The translations under genes were made by a program, and so were the position numbers. From Octopus sinensis (lineage: Eukaryota): a stretch of 64,000 bases of DNA. Position 1 is the first letter of the stretch. Each line of letters begins with the position of its first letter. Shown here piece by piece: positions 61,306 through 64,000 of the stretch. The notes beneath the pieces are model-generated. The model made no database searches, had not been told where the DNA came from, and saw only the letters and a program-made list of their open reading frames with translations. Location of the stretch: positions 76,570,001 to 76,634,000 of the forward strand of contig NC_043005.1 of assembly GCF_006345805.1 (NCBI RefSeq), in the 5' to 3' direction.

Positions 61306-63199
61306 TATATATATATATGTATGTATATTTTATGCTTATGTATACATAAATACAGATACACACCCATATAGATATGCTCATATTCAGATATATATATTTG
61401 TATGTCCATAGACAACCTAAAAATAAATTAGGCACGAAAAAGTGATATCTTAATTGAATCAGAATCTCGGCTAGGAGTGAAATTTTACTGGGACAAAAAT
61501 CTTTATGTTGATATTCGATATGAAGTTATTAAAACATGATGTTCAATTTCACGATGATATTGATTTTTTTTTGTATAAAGATAATTAACATATCTATGCA
61601 ATGTTAAATTAGATAGTATTTCCAATGGAGTGTGCTGTTGAATAAGAATTCTTGCCCGTTATTGTAACTTATCGATCGAGTTTCGATTCCTACTTGAATG
61701 TGTTTCCAGTGGCTGTATTTGCTAAAGTTCTTTTAAAAGCCATGGAAATCCCAAACTGCATTTTACCATTTCTTTCAATGTTCAAGCTTCTTGTTTCCAT
61801 AGGAAAAATAATATAATGTCACAATCTCTCGTGGCAAGGTATAAGCTGAACATACTCTCAAATCTTGAACTCCTTAATTATGTATTATCGTAACAATACG
61901 ATTACCAATGAAGACAATCATATAATATCAATATATGTAATAATACAAATGATAAAAGCACAATAAACATGAACCCTTCAACTAGTTTAACGTTACGAGA
62001 ATGAAGAACAATTCAAATTAACGTGACACCAAAATTTTAAACAATTACTGATAGCAAACATGTCAAACATATATTCCCATCATCAGCTGCCGAACAAATA
62101 TGACAATGATTTCGACATCTGGGCAGTATCTTCAATTCGGTGGTGTTAACAGCGTTATAATTATAAACGTCACCTTTGAATCAGTAAACAAGTAGCAATA
62201 GCGAAACAATAGCATAATATATCCATTACGTCTACATCTACTTAATATAAATAACGACATCGAATATAAACAAAATCATATTGAAGTTATAGCTAAAAAG
62301 CATGGAAATATTTTTAAAAGGTATCTATGAAACAAAGAAATATCTCTCAAAAACGGATAGTGCTACCATAAAAACTATATCCAAAAGTGTATATGTTTTT
62401 AGTTGTTTCCCTGCTTTGTTTTTCTTTTAATGGTAATGAGTACTGCCCGTAACCCTTTCCAAAATTTCCGCGATAGCTGAGATTAAAGAAAAAGTTATTC
62501 TTAGATCAGAGATAATGTCCGATTGTTTAGAACAGAGAGGAATACGTTAAAAATACCGAATAACTAACTGATAGCATTAAACCTGGTTTCGAATTAAATC
62601 TGCTAACAAATAAATTACAGTTACCATTAGTTTGTGTTTGAAATATTACTCCATATTTCAATATGATGTTTGTACTCAAATATATTTTCAACAACACGTT
62701 AAAAATTCTAATGTAATTACATTTAAAATCAACTTTTATTGATTGACTTTATGTTGTATGTAATGTAAGTAATCATTTAGAGGAAAGAATCTTGAGATTG
62801 AAATATCTTGTCTGACATAGTTGAAGTAATTTTTTAACAATATAAACAGGTACATATTTTAGTGTCTGTAAATCGATCGAATGTTGAACATATGTATTCT
62901 CACACAGGCTCTATATTGTACCCATTGTCATGAATAGTATAACACGCTGTTCGAGTATACCATCTCATAAAAGATATAAGATACTGGAAGTGCAGTTTAT
63001 TGTTCTATACAGTGGCAACAGAATTTATTTAATGGTTTTAGGTAAGTCTGTAATGAAGAATTTTTTTTTTTCATATATGTCTGAGAAAGTTTTTAAAAGG
63101 TCACTCTCGTCTATATCATGTATTTATGATAACGAAGAGACGGAATAAGCTGGAACAATGACGAGCTGGGTTAAATAACTTGTATTATTTGAACAGTTC

Positions 63200-63640
63200 A
63201 AGGCAGCGAGCAGACAGAGCCGTTAGCAGGCCGAGCAACATATTAGCTGCATTTCGTCCATCTTTACGTTCTGAGTTCAAATTTCGACGAGGTCGATTTC
63301 ACCTTTCGTCCTTTCAGGGTCGATAAATAAGTACCAGTAAAGTACTAGGCTCCATACAATCGATTAGCCTCCCCCATCCCATTTTAGAATTTCAGGTATT
63401 GCACGTATAAAAGAAATGATAATTTGTATAGTTCAAGGCAGTGAGCTCGCAGAGCCGGACAAAATGCCAAGTGGCATTTCATCCGCTTTTACGTTCTGAG
63501 TTCAAATTCTATCGGGCTCAATTTTATCTTTCATTTTTTCGAGGTCGATAAAATGAATTCCAGCGAAGTACTGGGATCGATGTAATCGACCTACCCCTGC
63601 CCTCAAAACTGCAGCCCCTGTACTGAAATTTGAAACCACT
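63200..63640 (+). mobile_element. Two adjacent diverged SINE copies
   Basis: Both start AGTTCAAGGCAG.GAGC and contain TACGTTCTGAGTTCAAATT. Confidence 0.7.
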
Positions 63641-64000
63641 ATATTTGTACGGTTCGTCATCAAATGCTACTGGAATGAACTTCGTCTTTGATCACTCTTG
63701 GAGTTAATAAAATGGGTACCGGTGATACAACGGCGTTTATTAAATCTATCAAAGATCCTTTCTGCAAAAGTAATCGATATTTATGTTAGCATATTTGAAT
63801 GACATCACAGAATATAATGAAGCGATTAATAATTTTAAAACTGTTATTAATTTTACAGATATTAAATAAAACACCTTGAGATTTCCTTAATCATAATATT
63901 GTGTACTGAGAGTTTGTGACATTTTGGAAAACTATTCTTAACATATTTAACAACGTATCTTATTATCAACAAAAGAATATTGATATTGCATATCAAATTA

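Overview
AT-rich, microsatellite-dense, repeat-dominated eukaryotic DNA. It is probably an octopus/coleoid intergenic or large-intron region (inference from the SINE families and repeat landscape; not verifiable without a search). No host protein-coding gene, tRNA or rRNA gene can be supported. The dominant structure is a 21.2-kb head-to-tail array (33084-54318) of five copies of a young Tx1/L1-clade non-LTR retrotransposon. Each full copy has an ORF1 with a CCHC knuckle and an ORF2 with APE, RT and a C-terminal Cys/His motif. Every unit is separated by the same 16-bp target-site duplication GATTATTTGATGAAGA (6 copies). The order is full / delta / delta / delta / full. The three inner units share one 1679-bp deletion with a GCAAGG microhomology, which removes the endonuclease and opens a new 563-aa RT-core ORF. 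Units are mosaics of at least two mostly synonymously diverged lineages. The LINE's last ~70 nt are homologous to the tail of the left monomer of oligomeric tRNA-type SINEs elsewhere in the window, implying a LINE-SINE partnership and possibly shared site preference. The flanks contain: a Helitron with a PIF1 fragment, two mariner relics, RTE, R4/Dong-like and Penelope relics, a Helentron-type element, many SINEs, and three related GGATCTTT-terminated TIR elements. One of the TIR elements carries an inverted telomeric-repeat cassette. All alignments and translations beyond the supplied ORF track were done by eye.
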